Virus record (IMG/VR): IMGVR_UViG_3300048076_000002
Location: 1 to 52,269 of that record
From: a virus
Direction: 5' to 3' (one strand)
Length of the DNA stretch: 52,269 bases
Shown here: piece after piece, positions 52,249 through 52,269 of the stretch
Layout: each line of letters opens with the position of its first letter
How positions within the stretch are numbered: the first letter of the stretch is position 1
Program-made: the position numbers and the translations under genes
The notes under the pieces: generated by a model
Told to the model about the DNA's origin: nothing
Databases searched by the model: none
The model's input: the letters and a program-made list of their open reading frames with translations, nothing else

Positions 52249-52269
52249 CGCGTCAACCGAGGCGAAGGC
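52143..52269. repeat. Terminal direct repeat, right copy
   Basis: Identical to bases 1-127. Confidence 0.95.

Noticed and set aside
1-52269. Temperate lifestyle or mobile-element cargo (integrase, repressor, transposase, attachment site).
   Set aside because: I recognised no tyrosine or serine recombinase motifs, CI/Cro-like pair or IS-type inverted repeats. Absence of evidence from reading by eye is weak, so this remains open rather than asserted.

Overview
The window is one complete tailed dsDNA phage genome. Bases 1-127 are identical to bases 52143-52269, so the unique length is 52,142 bp. No rRNA, tRNA, CRISPR array, integrase or transposase was recognised. About 80% of genes are on the minus strand and form one long unit that wraps through the window ends. 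In minus sense this unit reads: membrane proteins, collagen-like fibre, TerL, portal, ClpP-like protease, HK97-type capsid, head-tail connectors, major tail, G/GT frameshift chaperones, tape measure and Cys-rich fibre proteins. It continues with a nine-gene sugar/radical-SAM/methyltransferase island, a ParB-like protein and nucleases. After the wrap come a Sak4-like ATPase, family A DNA polymerase, primase, helicase, HNH and a terminal cassette of a papain-like peptidase with secreted proteins and lipoproteins. A plus-strand block at 32.3-39.6 kb holds about 17 small ORFs of unknown function and is interrupted by a minus-strand small terminase. It also contains an 870-nt non-coding, repeat-rich region. 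The points most worth follow-up are: (i) the island at 4106-11079, including a radical SAM gene that overlaps a 13-Cys 83-aa ORF; (ii) two strongly over-represented, strand-fixed intergenic motifs, TGACAGTAAT(CA) and TTTCTGAG; (iii) identical start-associated sequences; (iv) the papain-like peptidase cassette, in a genome with no recognisable muramidase or amidase. All calls come from reading the sequence and ORF translations by eye. No database search was run, so family names are motif-level inferences.
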